Source of the DNA: Selaginella moellendorffii
Lineage: Eukaryota; Plantae; Lycopodiophyta
Reading direction: 5' to 3'
NCBI RefSeq assembly: GCF_000143415.4
Contig: NW_003314608.1
Span: forward strand, 1 to 9,320
Length of the DNA stretch: 9,320 nucleotides
The notes under the pieces are model-generated. The model ran no database searches. It saw only the letters and a list, made by a program, of their open reading frames with translations, and was not told the DNA's origin. Each line of letters opens with the position of its first letter. The first letter of the stretch is position 1. A program made the position numbers and the translations under genes. This document shows positions 6,783-9,320 of this stretch, in pieces.

Positions 6783-9320
6783 TGTTCCTTAGTCCAACTT
6801 TTATTGGTGCTCAAGTATATCACCACTAGTGTTGGCATCGGAAGGTCCGAGGAGTGGGCCTATCCTTGAGGAGTAGCAAGTCGGGAAGACATGGCTCTCC
6901 ATTACAGTTCATGTATAAACTTGTAGACGAGGTGGTGGATAGAAAAGGGCCAATAATGGAACGACTTTGGGATCTTGGGAACAGTGCAAGGTTTTCCTCA
7001 TTGAGTTGAGGATGTGATCCGGATGAGCATTTGTCTCAGCAAATTGGCTAAGGTTGTTGTGGTAAACAACTAAAGTTGGGATCACGGGAAAGATAGAGAC
7101 TCCAAAACAATAAAGGAGTCACAAAATTATCCTCATATAGTTGAGGTTGGTGCTCATGAATGTGAGACCAGAGGTAATGACCGTGGGAGGTCAAATACGG
7201 AAGAGGACTCAAGTCCTTGAAATGGTAGCCAGGGCTACCTTTAATAAATGCTGGAACAACTCAAGGAGTTGGGGGGTGTACTTAGGGATGAGTTGGTGTT
7301 CTCATCACATGGACAAGTAGTCCTAAGGGGCAAAGGTTGCCCCCAGAGAACAAAATCAAGTGTCGGAGTAACACTTGTGAAAATAGTCCTTTTGAGTAGG
7401 ACAGGAATGCAAGAAGTGTATTCCAGTGAGCTAGTGCCTCACAAGTAGGACCTTACGGGTCTGTGGATTAACTAAGTCCAAAACTGTTGGATGACTCAAG
7501 TAGAGTCAACGGATGGTCCTAAAAGGACTGATGGAAGCATTTGGACTGAGGTGTGTTGTACCCCACAAAGGATGGGAGGGGATCATAGGATCCAAGGATG
7601 AGAACAGAGGGTATCTCATCGATGGCAAAATGTGCCATGCTAAAGTTATGGGAAAGGTGTTCCCAGAAGAAAACAACTTTGACATAAAGTTGTGTGTGAC
7701 CTCTATGGTGCAGTGCTAACGGATGGTTGGCATGAGAAAGAGCGGTGTTGGTCTTGGCAAAGACTTAAACACGAAGGGGAAATGTCATAGAGGTAGGCTC
7801 GTGGAGCCGATGGTGTGGAGACACCAAATGTGCCAAGGTGTGATACCTTGAGGCTATGTTGGTGGGTTCATGAGAACCCCTTGCCAAAGGAATCCCAATG
7901 GAAATGGGAATAGCATAGCCTAAGCTGCAGAGCATGCAGTTGGAGTGTGGTGACCCAGATAATGATGGAGGTGTGGAAGCACTAGCAATGAGTTGTAGGA
8001 CTTGACAATTACAAGGCAACTAAGCAAGAGGTGCAAAATAACTGGTTAAACGGGTAGAAGGTAGCTACCCAAGACTTCTTAATAGCATAGGGAAGTTGGA
8101 TATACCCTTACGAAGGATAACTTGCTTGTGTTGCGATATAGTAAGTCAATGTCATAAAAGGAAATACTCATTGTCAAGAAAGCCATCATTGGGACACCCG
8201 AACACTCTAGAACACCAGAAGGTGGTGTTTGATGTCGCGAGGGCAATGGATAAAGCCCAAGGGACTAAGTCCCTAGCGAATGATGGATAGAAGGTGCTAT
8301 CCAAATGTCCAAAGTTGCGGAGACAGGAGAGGACTGTTTACCCGAGTTGGACAAAGCCAAAAATGGAATTTTGGCAAGGCTAGTGATGGGCATGTAAAGG
8401 CCCATAAGCAACAACGTAATCCCGGTGTGTGGGATTATAGGGTGAGCATACCTGGATTGAGGAACCACTCCCTAGGCTATTGGGTAGGTTCATCCCTAAG
8501 AATACTTGCTAAAGCATGATAGAAAGTGCAAAGCTATCCTCCTGGTCTGGAGGAGAATGACCAAAGGAAAGGTGTGAAGCCAAAAAGCAAGAAGTAAGGG
8601 GATAGAACCGAACCGTAGGAATCAAAGGGCATAACCAAGGTTGGTTATGCCAGCTGGGAGTGGAGAATCAAGTGGGGGCTTGAGGGTGTTGCCGCTAGCA
8701 ACCGTGATGCCATGGAGAGTCTAAAATATGGAATTGTCCATGTTAGACTATGTGGCATTTGGAAGGCTTGCAAAAAGGGAGGCCTTAGCAAGCTGAGGGA
8801 CAGAGTTCCTTCAAGGTTCCCAAAGACGATTCTAGGTAGCTTAGTACCTAGAAAGGCCAAGTGTAAATGGTTCATGGAATGCGCGAAATCAGAGTGGCGC
8901 AGCAGAAGCGTGGTCTTGAAGCTTGCCATGAGGCAAGGCTATCAAGGTTAGGGAAGTAGTTCCCGAGTGTTCAAGGAGAGGGCTTTGAACGAAAGTCGAT
9001 GGTCAAGGACTTTCACGCTTATGCAGGAACCATGTTACAGTGGTCGGAGGACTTGCCAAGCGAGATTGGCACGTCGGGGGAACAAATACCCTAGTTGAAG
9101 GTGATAACTTCAAAAAGGGTGGGCCATGGGGCCGAGCATGGAGGAGTCCATGCATAATCACAGACTTGTCAAGTGAGAGGACTTGGCAGTGTGGAGGAAC
9201 TAGGTTCCTAAGCTGTGATCTGTAGCGCGCTTTAAAAATAAGTTGGTGCACCGGCGTGGGGAGTCACGCCAGGCATCTTGTGTGATGCCGTCCGTAGATG
9301 CATATACGGAGGTTGGGTTC

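Larger units (their letters stand above)
1..9320 (+). repeat. Head-to-tail tandem array with 6,388-bp period (one full unit 1-6388 plus partial copy 6389-9320)
   Basis: 1-2932 matches 6389-9320 at a constant offset of 6388, including all short ORFs (e.g. 860/7248, 2652/9040). About 25 substitutions by eye (~99% identity), no indels. Confidence 0.98.

Overview
Non-coding, plant-type retrotransposon DNA. The window holds one full copy plus 2.9 kb of a second copy of a head-to-tail 6,388-bp tandem unit (1-2932 recurs at 6389-9320; about 25 substitutions by eye, no indels). Each unit carries a short LTR (187-380, TGTAAGC...GCCTACA) containing a 55-nt 5S rRNA-derived Pol III internal control region, followed by a tRNA-iMet primer binding site. 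This is the hallmark of Cassandra retrotransposons, but the unit is many times larger than a normal Cassandra/TRIM. It also contains a second apparent set of LTR cis-signals: hairpin+PPT at 4491-4531, a putative different 1.8-kb LTR at 4532-6368 and a second iMet PBS at 6372-6383. This gives an alternating LTR-A / long internal / LTR-B / short internal chain. No credible gag/pol ORF is visible; the long ORFs are by-products of a 12/11-mer higher-order minisatellite. The unit is densely studded with short perfect hairpins and includes a tRNA-like five-hairpin cluster with two B-box/T-loop motifs.
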